Source: a virus
Lineage: Duplodnaviria > Caudoviricetes
IMG/VR virus record: IMGVR_UViG_3300044724_000147
Span: 1 to 38,373 of that record
Strand: one strand, 5' to 3'
DNA: 38,373 nucleotides
Position numbers and translations under genes: made by a program. Positions 8,248-17,725 of the stretch are shown here, in pieces. The notes under the pieces are model-generated. The model was not told where the DNA came from and searched no databases. It was given only the letters and a program-made list of their open reading frames with translations. Within the stretch, counting starts at the first letter, position 1, and the number at the start of each line of letters is the position of its first letter.

Positions 8248-8931
8248 ATGGCAGTAGTAACACCAGACCTACCAGAACTATTTGAAGAAGCTTATGAACG
8301 GGCAGGTCTTGAAATGCGTTCAGGCTATGATCTCAAAACGGCTCGTAGGAGTCTTAACATTTTAACATTGGAGTGGCAAAATCGTGGGCTTAATCTCTTC
8401 ACTATTGAATCTAGTACTCTATCCATTTCGGCAGGTACTGCGACTTATACGCTACCTTCGGATACGATTGACATCATCGAACACCAAATCCGCACAGGTA
8501 CAGGTACAAATCAAACCGACACCTCCCTCCAAAGGGTCAGTGTCGCAACCTACGCCCAGCAAACCAACAAAGAAACGCAAGGTAGGCCGACCCAAATCTT
8601 CGTCCAAAGGCTCCCAACGGAAACAAAATTAACTCTGTGGCCTGTGCCTGATACTACAACTACATACACTTTATTTTATTACAGGCTCAAAGGAATAGAT
8701 GGTTTATCTTCTGGAATAGGATCTACAGTTACATCTGTACCACCACGCTTTGTTCCAGCATTAGTTTCTGGCTTGGCCTACTACCTATCCATGAAAAAAC
8801 CAGAGGCAGCGCCTCGCGCTCAAGCACTAAAGCAAGAGTATGAATTTCAATTTGAGTTAGCGGCAGGTGAGGACGAAGAGACAGCATCAATTAAATTTGT
8901 GCCTTTTGATACGTTTATGACAGGTGGTTGA
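8248..8931 (+). CDS. head-tail adaptor / tail tubular protein (putative)
   Basis: EEAYERAG...GYDLKTARRSLN...EW.NRGLNLFT, GRPTQ, LWPVPD and VPPRF.PALVSGLAYYLSMK motifs. Confidence 0.7.
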   Translation: MAVVTPDLPELFEEAYERAGLEMRSGYDLKTARRSLNILTLEWQNRGLNLFTIESSTLSISAGTATYTLPSDTIDIIEHQIRTGTGTNQTDTSLQRVSVATYAQQTNKETQGRPTQIFVQRLPTETKLTLWPVPDTTTTYTLFYYRLKGIDGLSSGIGSTVTSVPPRFVPALVSGLAYYLSMKKPEAAPRAQALKQEYEFQFELAAGEDEETASIKFVPFDTFMTGG

Positions 8932-9740
8932 TGAGTTACGCGAAAGCTAAATATGCTTATGGTTTCTGTGACAAGACAGGGTTTCGTTACCCTTTGAAAG
9001 ACCTTGTGCCTGAGTTTAATAACGGCGTGAAGACTGGGTTTCTTGTTGGTAGAGATGTTGTTGATCCAGATCAGCCACAAAATTTTCTTGGTCGTATAAA
9101 GATTAACGATCCTCAGTCTCTTAGGAATCCACGCCCAGATACTTCTCTACTAGAGAGTCGAGAGCTGTTTGGCTTTAATCCCGTGTGGAACCCAGCGCAG
9201 TATATGGTTGCGTCCGTTGGAAGAGTAACGGTTTCTATTACTGATACAGGTAATGAGATAGTCAATGTTACGGGAGTAGGTGCAACTTCTGCGGTTGGTT
9301 CCGTTACAGTAAGTACGCCAGTCCAAGATGCTACAGCATCACCTACAGGTGTGGCAGCGACTTCTGCTGTTGGCTCCGCGTCCGCTGTTGGAATTAGAGC
9401 AACATACTCCATAACTGTATACAATCCGGGTGGCGGGAATGTTTATTATCAAGATGGGTCACAGCCCGGCGGTGCTGGTAGAGATGTTTACGAAGGAAGC
9501 ACATATCGTTACGATCAGTCAGATAACACAAACTCAGGACACCCACTACGCTTCTCAACGACAGCAGATGGAACGCATGGTGGCGGCGTAGAATACACAA
9601 CAGGAGTAACCTATGTGGGAACTCCGGGGGATGCTGGGGCGTACACTCAGATAACGGTGGCTTCTGGAGCGCCAACATTGTACACTTACTGTAGCGTACA
9701 CAGCGGAATGGGCTACAAAGTTAATACTTTAACGGAATAG
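8928..9740 (+). CDS. chimeric structural protein: conserved N-domain, TG/AVG repeats, cupredoxin-like C-domain
   Basis: N-terminal CDKTGFRY...DPQSLRNPRPD; VTGV.ATSAVGSV repeats; C-terminal GHPLRFSTT...LYTYCSVHSGMG. Confidence 0.7.
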   Translation: MMSYAKAKYAYGFCDKTGFRYPLKDLVPEFNNGVKTGFLVGRDVVDPDQPQNFLGRIKINDPQSLRNPRPDTSLLESRELFGFNPVWNPAQYMVASVGRVTVSITDTGNEIVNVTGVGATSAVGSVTVSTPVQDATASPTGVAATSAVGSASAVGIRATYSITVYNPGGGNVYYQDGSQPGGAGRDVYEGSTYRYDQSDNTNSGHPLRFSTTADGTHGGGVEYTTGVTYVGTPGDAGAYTQITVASGAPTLYTYCSVHSGMGYKVNTLTE

Positions 9741-9753
9741 GAGATTAACAATC

Positions 9754-9942
9754 ATGGACAAAAAGAACCTTAAACCAGTCCCAGAAGAGAAGGAGACAAG
9801 CCTTGGTAAGTTGCCCACAAAAGTTCGCAATAGAATAGGATTTCAGGCTAGTGGCGGTAAAGTTAAAAAGATGGGCATGGGCGGTAAGTGCCGTGGTATG
9901 GGCGCAGCAACCCGTGGTGGCGCGTTTACTAGAAATGGATAA
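9754..9942 (+). CDS. small basic protein with xxGG and RGMGAATRG motifs
   Basis: AGGAG RBS; FQASGGKV, MGMGGKCRGMGAATRGG. Confidence 0.75.
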   Translation: MDKKNLKPVPEEKETSLGKLPTKVRNRIGFQASGGKVKKMGMGGKCRGMGAATRGGAFTRNG

Positions 9943-9946
9943 GTAG

Positions 9947-10603
9947 ATGAATTACGCTGAGTTGTTACAGCTTATACAGGATTACACGGAAAACGATGAA
10001 ACGTCTTTCGTGACTAATATCCCTACGTTTGTGCGACAGACAGAAGAGCTGGTGCATCGCACAGTAATGATTCCAGAGCTTCGCAAGAACGTGACAGCAA
10101 ACTTGGATAATGCAAATCCTTACATGGCTAGACCCTCAGACTTCTTGGCACCGTTCTCATTTGCCGTGGTGGATAGTGATAACAATTACACATTCTTAAT
10201 TGAAAAGGATGTAAACTTTATTAGAGAAGCATACCCAGATCAGACATCTACTGGTACACCTAAGTACTATTCTGAGTTTGATGGTGACTTCACATCAACA
10301 GGGTCTCCGGGTAATTTCATTTTAGGGCCAACACCTAATTCTGATTATTTAGTTCAATTGCACTATTACTATGATCCACCTTCAATTGTGACATCTAGTA
10401 CGTCTTGGCTTGGAGATAATGCTGAAGAAGTATTGTTGTACGGCAGTTTGGTAAATGCATATGTTTATATGAAAGGCGAGGCTGATGTCCTTGCCATGTA
10501 CAAAGAAAGATACGATAACGCTTTACGTCGCTTGATGGTATTAGGAGAAGGCAGATTGAAGCGTGATAGCTATCGTGATGGCGAACCAAGGTTAGATATG
10601 TAA
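9947..10603 (+). CDS. phage adaptor / head-tail connector protein (putative)
   Basis: MNYAELLQLIQDYTEN, GTPKYY, LGPTP and WLGDNA...LLYGSL motifs. Confidence 0.75.
   Translation: MNYAELLQLIQDYTENDETSFVTNIPTFVRQTEELVHRTVMIPELRKNVTANLDNANPYMARPSDFLAPFSFAVVDSDNNYTFLIEKDVNFIREAYPDQTSTGTPKYYSEFDGDFTSTGSPGNFILGPTPNSDYLVQLHYYYDPPSIVTSSTSWLGDNAEEVLLYGSLVNAYVYMKGEADVLAMYKERYDNALRRLMVLGEGRLKRDSYRDGEPRLDM
10351..10364. promoter_or_regulatory. intragenic palindromic site AGTTCAATTGCACT
   Basis: 1 mismatch to AGTTCAATTGAACT. Confidence 0.55.
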
Positions 10604-10899
10604 TGTTTAAAATTAATTTAAATGTACCACGTGATGAAAAAGTTGTGTTAGTCAACACGACAGAGAAACGTGGATTATCCCCAGAAGAACTTTCTGAGCA
10701 ATGCGTTCAGAAAATAGTGTCGGTTTCTGATCAGGCTCCCCCTGCTATTAGAGATCAGGCTCGTGCTTTCTCTAAGCACGTTGAAACGCTTGTTGCGTAT
10801 TATATGCGACAGGCTATTCGCAGTGACCGTACAACAGTGTGTAACGCACTAATTGATGCGGGGCATCCCCAACTGGCTGAACTCATAAGGAGACTTTAA
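10603..10899 (+). CDS. conserved hypothetical protein
   Basis: TAATG coupling; RGLSPEEL...IVSVSDQAPPAIRDQA...SDRTT. Confidence 0.8.
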   Translation: MFKINLNVPRDEKVVLVNTTEKRGLSPEELSEQCVQKIVSVSDQAPPAIRDQARAFSKHVETLVAYYMRQAIRSDRTTVCNALIDAGHPQLAELIRRL

Positions 10900-10900
10900 C

Positions 10901-11338
10901 ATGGCCTTTACTGGAAACTTTATGTGTACGTCGTTCAAGTCGGAACTTATGACAGCGACACACAACTTCACAAACTCAACAGGTAATACTTTCAAGTTAG
11001 CCCTGTATGATAACAACGCTTCTTTCACAGCGGCAACAACAGCTTATACAGCAACTGACGAAGTTGGTGATTCAGGCTCATACGCTGCTGGCGGCGGTGC
11101 GTTGACCAATGTTACACCAACAACTTCTGGTACAACTGGATTCACAGATTTTGCAGATATCACGTTTACTTCTGCAACAATCACTGCTCGTGGTGCGTTA
11201 ATCTATAATGATACCGCATCGGGCGATCCGACTGTAGTTGTTCTGGACTTCGGTGCAGATAAGACATCTACATCTGGTGATTTCCAAGTTGTATTCCCAA
11301 CGGCTGACGCGAGTAACGCTATTATCCGTATCGCCTAA
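10901..11338 (+). CDS. tail/fibre-associated structural protein
   Basis: AAGGAG RBS; CTSFKSEL...FKLALY...TITARGALIYN...VLDFGADKTST.GDF...FP. Confidence 0.75.
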   Translation: MAFTGNFMCTSFKSELMTATHNFTNSTGNTFKLALYDNNASFTAATTAYTATDEVGDSGSYAAGGGALTNVTPTTSGTTGFTDFADITFTSATITARGALIYNDTASGDPTVVVLDFGADKTSTSGDFQVVFPTADASNAIIRIA

Positions 11339-11361
11339 ACTCTTACTAGGAGTGACGGCCT

Positions 11362-12561
11362 ATGGCGGATGCCAGAGTAATATTTACAGGTTGGGGCCGA
11401 AGTAGTTGGAGTAGCGGTACTTGGAGTAATCCAGCCGTTACCCTTCCTTCGGCTGCTGGTCAGGTAGGCACTGTCACGGTTGTTGGCAATGCCCCAAATA
11501 TTGCTGTCACTGGTCTTGGCGCAGTTACTGGCGTTAGCAGTGTTTCTGTTGAGGGAGCAGCTACTGTTCCAAGTACAGGCATTGCTGCTACTGGTGGTAT
11601 TGGCGATGTAAGTATTATTACTGGCGCAGTTGTTTCACCCACGGGTGTTGAAGGCACGACAGCTATTGGCTCTGTTATTGCATCTATCCCCGGAGAGGCT
11701 GCTGTTCTTGGTCTATCCTCAACTTCAGCGGTTGGCTCTGTAACGGCTACGGGTACAGCTAGTGTTACTCCAGCAGGTCTTGCCGCCACAGGTGAGGTTG
11801 GTGGGTTGCCTACACAACCTATTGGTCAAGAGGCTACGGGCGCTGTAGGTGTTGTATCTATCAATGGTACGGTTAATGCTGTTCTTACAGGTTTAGAAGG
11901 CACGAGTGCTGTAGGGTCTGTAACTGTATCTGGTGATGCTCCTAGTATTCCTGTCACGGGTATCGCTGCCACAAGTAGCGTTGGTTCAGTTACTGTGGTT
12001 GAGGGCGCTGGTGTAGGAATTAATGTCACTGGTCTTTCTAGCACATCTTCTGTTAATTCGGTTACTGCCACAGGTGGAGTAGATGCCGTTGTCACAGGGC
12101 TTGCAGCAACAAGTGCATTGAATGGAGTTACTGCTACAGGACTGGCAAGCGTTCCAGTCACAGGTCTTGAAGCCACAGGTATTGTAAACGGACTTCCTCA
12201 AGATGTTACTGTTTTCTTAACTGCGGCTGATGCCTCGGGTTGGAGTCGTAGTTCTTGGAGTTCAGGAGCTTGGAGTCAGCCTGTAGCTACCGATCTTGGC
12301 ATGTCAGGTAGTGTTGGCGCTGTAACAGTAGATTTATTAATTCAAGTCCCAGTTACAGGGTTAGAGGTGACAACTGGCGTAGGTTCTGTTAGTATCGCCA
12401 CAGGTACGGGAATTGATGTCCCAGTTACAGGGGTAGAAGCGACTGGATTGATAGGGCCAAGAGGAGTAACAGTTTGGGGTAGAATAGTTCCAAGTGAAAC
12501 AGCAACATGGACAAGGATTGCACCAAGCACAACAACAGAGTATAATGAAATTAGACCTTAA
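11362..12561 (+). CDS. repetitive Gly/Val/Thr/Ala-rich fibre-like protein
   Basis: AGGAG RBS; many roughly 20-24-aa V(T/S)G(L/V/I).AT..VG.V repeats; two GW.RSSWSSG.WS motifs. Confidence 0.75.
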   Translation: MADARVIFTGWGRSSWSSGTWSNPAVTLPSAAGQVGTVTVVGNAPNIAVTGLGAVTGVSSVSVEGAATVPSTGIAATGGIGDVSIITGAVVSPTGVEGTTAIGSVIASIPGEAAVLGLSSTSAVGSVTATGTASVTPAGLAATGEVGGLPTQPIGQEATGAVGVVSINGTVNAVLTGLEGTSAVGSVTVSGDAPSIPVTGIAATSSVGSVTVVEGAGVGINVTGLSSTSSVNSVTATGGVDAVVTGLAATSALNGVTATGLASVPVTGLEATGIVNGLPQDVTVFLTAADASGWSRSSWSSGAWSQPVATDLGMSGSVGAVTVDLLIQVPVTGLEVTTGVGSVSIATGTGIDVPVTGVEATGLIGPRGVTVWGRIVPSETATWTRIAPSTTTEYNEIRP

Positions 12562-12577
12562 CGGAGATTAATGTTTC

Positions 12578-13261
12578 ATGGCTAGTACATATACAACAAA
12601 TACAGGTATTGAGCTGATTGCTAATGGCGAACAGTCTGGCACATGGGGCGATACCACAAATACAAATTTACAAATTATTGATCGTTTAACAAACGGCGTT
12701 GGTTCTATAACTCTTTCGGGAACGACGCACACACTTACTACTACAGATGGATCTCTCTCTGATGGTCAGTACAGAGTTTTATTATTGGCGGGGTCTCCTT
12801 CGGGAACAAACACCATCACGGTGACTCCAAACGATCAGACCAAACTATTTTTTGTTAAAAATGGATCAGGACAAAGTGCGGTTTTTTCTCAGGGTTCTGG
12901 TGCAAATGTTACGATACCTAACGGCGAAAGCGCGATTATATATTGTGATGGCGCAGGATCGGGCGCAGCAGTAGTTAATTTATCTGCTACCTTTGACCTT
13001 ACAACATTTTTGGAAGCGTCAAACAATCTATCAGATGTTGCGAATGCAGGAACATCTAGAACAAATTTAGGGGTTGCGATTGGGTCAGATGTTTTGGCTT
13101 ACGACGCAAACCTACAGAGTTTTGTAACGGCTCTTACTTTACCTACGTCCGATGGGACAAATGGGCAGGCGTTGGTTACAAATGGTAGTGGTACTATTAG
13201 TTTTGGTAGTGCTGGAATTGGAACTGGTAAAGCCATAGCTATGGCAATCGTGTTTGGCTAA
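12578..13261 (+). CDS. tail fibre attachment / proximal fibre protein
   Basis: MASTY...GEQSGTWGDTTNTN start, NNLSDVAN...RTNLG fibre motif, LPTSDGTNGQAL, C-terminal GKAIAMAIVFG. Confidence 0.75.
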   Translation: MASTYTTNTGIELIANGEQSGTWGDTTNTNLQIIDRLTNGVGSITLSGTTHTLTTTDGSLSDGQYRVLLLAGSPSGTNTITVTPNDQTKLFFVKNGSGQSAVFSQGSGANVTIPNGESAIIYCDGAGSGAAVVNLSATFDLTTFLEASNNLSDVANAGTSRTNLGVAIGSDVLAYDANLQSFVTALTLPTSDGTNGQALVTNGSGTISFGSAGIGTGKAIAMAIVFG

Positions 13262-13273
13262 AGGAGAAAACAA

Positions 13274-13651
13274 ATGGCTGCACCGAATATTGTAAATGTA
13301 AGCTCAATACTAGGAAAAACAGATCAGTATGCACTTACAACAACATCACAGACTACAATTTTAAACAACGCAGCATCGAGTGATAATGTTCTGAAAGTGA
13401 ACATGATCCAAATTGCAAATGTAGACGGAACAAACGCTTGTGACATAACTATAGATGTACACAGTGCAGATGACGGAGCAGGTACAGCCTTTTCGCTTGT
13501 ATCTACTGTGTCAGTCCCTGCGGATGCGTCGTTAATTGTGGTAGATAAAAACACAGCGATATACTTAGAAGAAGATATGTCAATCACAGCAACTGCTGGT
13601 ACGGCAAGCGATCTTGAAGTTGTTATAAGTTACGAGCAAATCACCGACTAA
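13274..13651 (+). CDS. fibre-associated structural protein
   Basis: AAGGAG RBS; MAAPNIVNV...ANVDGTN...VPADASL...YLEE...ISYE. Confidence 0.75.
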   Translation: MAAPNIVNVSSILGKTDQYALTTTSQTTILNNAASSDNVLKVNMIQIANVDGTNACDITIDVHSADDGAGTAFSLVSTVSVPADASLIVVDKNTAIYLEEDMSITATAGTASDLEVVISYEQITD

Positions 13652-13663
13652 TAGGAGTCGCAC

Positions 13664-14881
13664 ATGGCTAAAGGTAGAGGCGGCTTTATAGGTCAAGACG
13701 GGCTGAACGCACCAGACAGCCCTACAGGTGTTAGTGGTACGGCAGGTGACACGCAAGCGACAGTAAGCTTTACAGCGCCAACCGATGTAGGTGGTTCTGC
13801 TATTACTGGGTACAGAGTGCAAGATGGTACTAATGCGCATGGTGCATCAGGATCTTATTCTCCAATTACGGTTACAGGTCTTTCTAACGGCACAAGCTAC
13901 ACGTTTAACGTCTGGGCGATCAATACGTTTGGTTATTCTGCGCCTAGTGATGCGAGTGGAAGTGTTAGTCCTGTCGCCCCACCAAGGGTGGCAATGGTAG
14001 GCGGTCGTGACGCAAGTAGTAATATTGAAAATTCAATACAATACTTTGTGATAACAACAACGGGAAATGCTAGTGACTTCGGTGATCTAACGGGTCTTGC
14101 ATATGCGCCATCTAGTGGATCAGCAGGAAGTATAACAAGATCACTGCGTAGTGCTGGCAGCACAAACGCTGTTGACGCTGGTGTTACGAATGTTATTGAT
14201 TATGTTGATTTAGCTACAACTGGCAACGCTACAGACTTTGGTGACCTTTCAACTTCAAGACAATCAAGTCAGCAATGTTCAAGTGGGACAAGGGCTGTCA
14301 TAGGGTATGGCACAAATTCAAGCGGCTCAAACACCACTGCTTTAGAATATGTAACAATATCGTCTACTGGCAATGCGACTAGCTTTGGAACGGGTGTTGC
14401 TGCGGGCCATGCAAACGGTGCTGCCTGTGGTTCTTCAACGCGAGGAATTTTTAGCGGTCAGGGCGTTATTGATTATATTACGATTGCCTCAACTGGTAAT
14501 TCAACTGACTTCGGTGACGATTTAGTAGGTGGTTTTGAGCGTGCTTGGTTTGGTGGGGCTTCTAGTGGAACTAGAGGTTTATTTGCAGGTGGTTACGCTG
14601 GATCAGACTATCAAAATGAAATTACATATATAACGATTGCTTCAACTGGAAATGCGACAGACTTCGGAGACTTAACCGTTGGTAGAAATAGCTTGTCTGG
14701 GGCATCAGGGAATGACAGAGCCGTATTTATGGGCGGTTATGCAAGCAGTGGATATTCTAACGTAATTGATTACGTCACAATTACATCAACGGGTAATGCC
14801 ACAGACTTTGGAGATTTAGATAACACACTAGGCCAATGGCGTAGTGGGCAAATGGCTACTGCTCACGGAGGACTTCAATAA
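13664..14881 (+). CDS. putative receptor-binding protein: FN3 domain plus Kelch-like beta-propeller
   Basis: FN3 (APDSPTGV...VSFTAP.DVGGSAITGY...GLSNGTSYTF.V.A.N), then six IDY.TI..TGNATDFGDL repeats. Confidence 0.8.
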   Translation: MAKGRGGFIGQDGLNAPDSPTGVSGTAGDTQATVSFTAPTDVGGSAITGYRVQDGTNAHGASGSYSPITVTGLSNGTSYTFNVWAINTFGYSAPSDASGSVSPVAPPRVAMVGGRDASSNIENSIQYFVITTTGNASDFGDLTGLAYAPSSGSAGSITRSLRSAGSTNAVDAGVTNVIDYVDLATTGNATDFGDLSTSRQSSQQCSSGTRAVIGYGTNSSGSNTTALEYVTISSTGNATSFGTGVAAGHANGAACGSSTRGIFSGQGVIDYITIASTGNSTDFGDDLVGGFERAWFGGASSGTRGLFAGGYAGSDYQNEITYITIASTGNATDFGDLTVGRNSLSGASGNDRAVFMGGYASSGYSNVIDYVTITSTGNATDFGDLDNTLGQWRSGQMATAHGGLQ

Positions 14882-14885
14882 TGCC
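14864..14885 (+). repeat. 22-bp direct repeat, copy 1 (CACGGAGGACTTCAATAATGCC)
   Basis: Identical to 15793-15814; contains GGAGG and the TAATG stop/start overlap. Confidence 0.9.
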
Positions 14886-15810
14886 CAATTATCAAGGTGT
14901 ATGGTCACTCTCAACGCAGTATCAGAATAGAACAGGTTGGCCTGTGCAGCCTCTTTATGGGGACATAGGAATAATAGGCGGTGGAACGTCTAACGAAATA
15001 CAATATGTGCAAATATCCACTTTAGGAGATAGTGCGGATTTTGGCGATTTGACGGCGAACCGTAGCTTGATGGGGACAGCATCATCATCAACGCGAGGCT
15101 TGTTTTTTGGGGGTAATGGCAACTCAAATATTGACTATATTACAATCAGAAGTCGTGGCAACGCTGCCAACTTTGGTTCGTTAAGCACAGGGTCAGGCGG
15201 TGACGCTGGTGTGTCCAATGAAACAAGAGCAGTAACAACCGTATCGCAGAGCAATTCAAATCGTTTAGAGTATGTGACAATAGCAACGCTAGGCAATACA
15301 ACGGATTTTGGTGATCGCACCGTAAGTGTTCAATTTTCCCACGGTTGCTGTAGTTCAACGCGAGGCGTGTTTGCTGGTGGTAGTGCTGTCACCAGCACAA
15401 ATGTGATAGATTACATTACTATAGCATCAGCAGGAAACGCGTCTGACTTTGGTGACTTGACACTAGATAGAAGCTTGAATGGGTCAGGTGTTGTTAGCTC
15501 ATCAACTAGGTCAGTATTTATGGGCGGAGATACTGGCTCTGGCTCAAATGTTATAGATTATGTGACAACTGCAACAACAGGTAACGCAAGTGACTTCGGT
15601 GATATGATAGGAACACGGCGTTATGGCGGCGGCGGTATGTCAAATGCCACTAGAGGACTTAAAGCTGGTGGTTTTGGTGTATCCGCTACAACTAGCGAAA
15701 TAGATTATATTACCATAGCAACAACGGGCAATTCATCCGATTTTGGCGACTTAACTGTTGGCGCAGGTTATCGGGCTGGCCTATCCAACGCCCACGGAGG
15801 ACTTCAATAA
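14881..15810 (+). CDS. beta-propeller protein, paralogue 2
   Basis: N-terminal GVWSL...GWP, then six IDY.TI...GN..DFGDL repeats; ends AHGGLQ like paralogue 1. Confidence 0.8.
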   Translation: MPNYQGVWSLSTQYQNRTGWPVQPLYGDIGIIGGGTSNEIQYVQISTLGDSADFGDLTANRSLMGTASSSTRGLFFGGNGNSNIDYITIRSRGNAANFGSLSTGSGGDAGVSNETRAVTTVSQSNSNRLEYVTIATLGNTTDFGDRTVSVQFSHGCCSSTRGVFAGGSAVTSTNVIDYITIASAGNASDFGDLTLDRSLNGSGVVSSSTRSVFMGGDTGSGSNVIDYVTTATTGNASDFGDMIGTRRYGGGGMSNATRGLKAGGFGVSATTSEIDYITIATTGNSSDFGDLTVGAGYRAGLSNAHGGLQ

Positions 15811-15814
15811 TGCC
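15793..15814 (+). repeat. 22-bp direct repeat, copy 2
   Basis: Identical to 14864-14885. Confidence 0.9.
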
Positions 15815-16835
15815 TAAACGTTATCTAGGAAACATTATAACTGATACTCCGACAGAGCCGACAGATAACTATGGTTCTACATCGGCGCATGGCGTGTGGT
15901 CACTTGCGGAAGCTGAAAGATATACGGCGGCAGGGCTGTGGCCTACGGCAGGTAATGTAAATCCGATTGCTTTAACAACAACTGCTAGAGATTTGGATGC
16001 ACTTAGAATACGTACAATTGATCAGATTTCTATCACTACTACAGGAAACGCTACAGATTTTGGTGGAGAGACATTAAGCACTGGTGATTTTAACTGTGCA
16101 GGGTTTAGCGATAGTGTAAAACGGTTTGAGGCAGGTGGTGCTAGTGTTAATGTGATACAAACTCTTAACTATTCATCGGGTTCAAGTTCTGTAGATTTTG
16201 GAGATTTAACAGTAGCGCGAGGTGAGGTTGGCGGTTATTCAAATTCAACGCGTGGCATTATTGGCGGCAGTGCTGGAGGCGTTTCCGGCATCGGTACGAT
16301 TGATTACGTTACTATGGCAAGTGCGGGTAATGCTATTGATTTTGGCGATATGTCTGGGGCGGATAGAAACCAACAATGTCGCGCAGCGGGTTCACAAACA
16401 AGAGCTATTTTTGGCGGTTTTGAATCTCAGAAAAAAAAGACTGATTATATAACGCCTTCGACAACAGGGAACGCCACAAATTACGGCGACCTAACAAACG
16501 ACCATAACAATGCCTTTGTAGGAGCTAGCCTGACTAGAATAATCATAGCAGGTCGATATACCAGTGGGTCTGATCATATCGAATACAACACTATTTCATC
16601 TACTGGGTCATTTTCGTCTTTTGGGTCGTTATCAGTTGCAAAAGGTTGGGGTGGCACAGCCTGTAATTCTACGCGAATGGTAATGATGGGTGGCACACAC
16701 TCTGGCGATGAGCAAAATGATATTTCATATGTCACAATAGCATCAACTGGAAATGATACTGATTTTGGTGATTTAACAGCGAAAAAATCAGCTATGGCGG
16801 CAGGCGCTCCAAGCACACCGTCGGTAACTGGATAG
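15810..16835 (+). CDS. beta-propeller protein, paralogue 3
   Basis: N-terminal GVWSL...GLWP, then DFGDL repeats. Confidence 0.8.
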   Translation: MPKRYLGNIITDTPTEPTDNYGSTSAHGVWSLAEAERYTAAGLWPTAGNVNPIALTTTARDLDALRIRTIDQISITTTGNATDFGGETLSTGDFNCAGFSDSVKRFEAGGASVNVIQTLNYSSGSSSVDFGDLTVARGEVGGYSNSTRGIIGGSAGGVSGIGTIDYVTMASAGNAIDFGDMSGADRNQQCRAAGSQTRAIFGGFESQKKKTDYITPSTTGNATNYGDLTNDHNNAFVGASLTRIIIAGRYTSGSDHIEYNTISSTGSFSSFGSLSVAKGWGGTACNSTRMVMMGGTHSGDEQNDISYVTIASTGNDTDFGDLTAKKSAMAAGAPSTPSVTG

Positions 16836-16846
16836 GGAGAAAAGCA

Positions 16847-17725
16847 GTGCCAAAAGATACGACAACAGAACTAACGTCAATAACACCAGACATTAACATT
16901 CAGCTTCCGGCGGCAAAGCCAGAGTATAAGTCTATGTTGGCGAATATACAGGACAAAGCCCCTGCAATCGCACAGGCATCTAGTAACTTCTTTAAGTCTC
17001 ACTCACAGATGATGAGCGTTACATTAGACGTTACAGCTATTACACCGATCCGTTCTATCAAGCATAGCTTGGCTGAGATTGAAAAGACTAAGTCAGCCTT
17101 GCAAGAGGGCTACTTTCGCATGAAGAAGGAAGAAGTAAAGCTCAAAAAGCTAGAACGTAAGCTGTCAAAAGAGACAGATGATCTTGAACGTGAAATGCTT
17201 GAGGTGAAGATTAACGAAAAGCAAGCACAAGCGGCAAGCTCTCGTGGATATGTAGAAGGTGCAGTAAGAAAGCTAAACTTCTTTACCAATCAGTATGACA
17301 ATCTGATGAAGAAGATCGGCAAGGATGAGCTTACTGAAGAGGATTATGAGTTAGAAGAAGTTAAATACCATATTATGACGTGCATGAAGCAAGCACTTAA
17401 CAGCGCAAGGCCGCGTAATGGTGTGATTGATGAAGGCAATATGATTTATCTTTTTGATCTTGGCATTAATGCAGCGCAAGCCCAAGCGGAAGTGTTTGCA
17501 TATTTGCAGTGGGAGAACGAGATTATCAAAGAGGGCAAAGCACCAGAACACCATCATACGGTGCAATGGCTTGAGGCGTGTGCAGAGAAATGGGCGCATT
17601 GTCCAAGTGACTTTGCTAACAGTCGTGGTTTTGATATACTAGATAAAACATCGTTAACGAATACCCCACAGCTAGAGGATAAGAAAAATGGCACACAAAG
17701 TAGTAAAGTACAGACTAGAAAGTGA
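16847..17725 (+). CDS. coiled-coil hypothetical protein (possible fibre chaperone)
   Basis: GTG start with GGGAG RBS; long amphipathic helices; follows the propeller genes. Confidence 0.7.
   Translation: MPKDTTTELTSITPDINIQLPAAKPEYKSMLANIQDKAPAIAQASSNFFKSHSQMMSVTLDVTAITPIRSIKHSLAEIEKTKSALQEGYFRMKKEEVKLKKLERKLSKETDDLEREMLEVKINEKQAQAASSRGYVEGAVRKLNFFTNQYDNLMKKIGKDELTEEDYELEEVKYHIMTCMKQALNSARPRNGVIDEGNMIYLFDLGINAAQAQAEVFAYLQWENEIIKEGKAPEHHHTVQWLEACAEKWAHCPSDFANSRGFDILDKTSLTNTPQLEDKKNGTQSSKVQTRK

Noticed and set aside
13664-16835. Diversity-generating retroelement or CRISPR array in the repeated propeller DNA
   Set aside because: Repeats are degenerate and in-frame at protein level. There is no reverse transcriptase, no adenine-specific template/variable pair and no constant repeat-spacer pattern.
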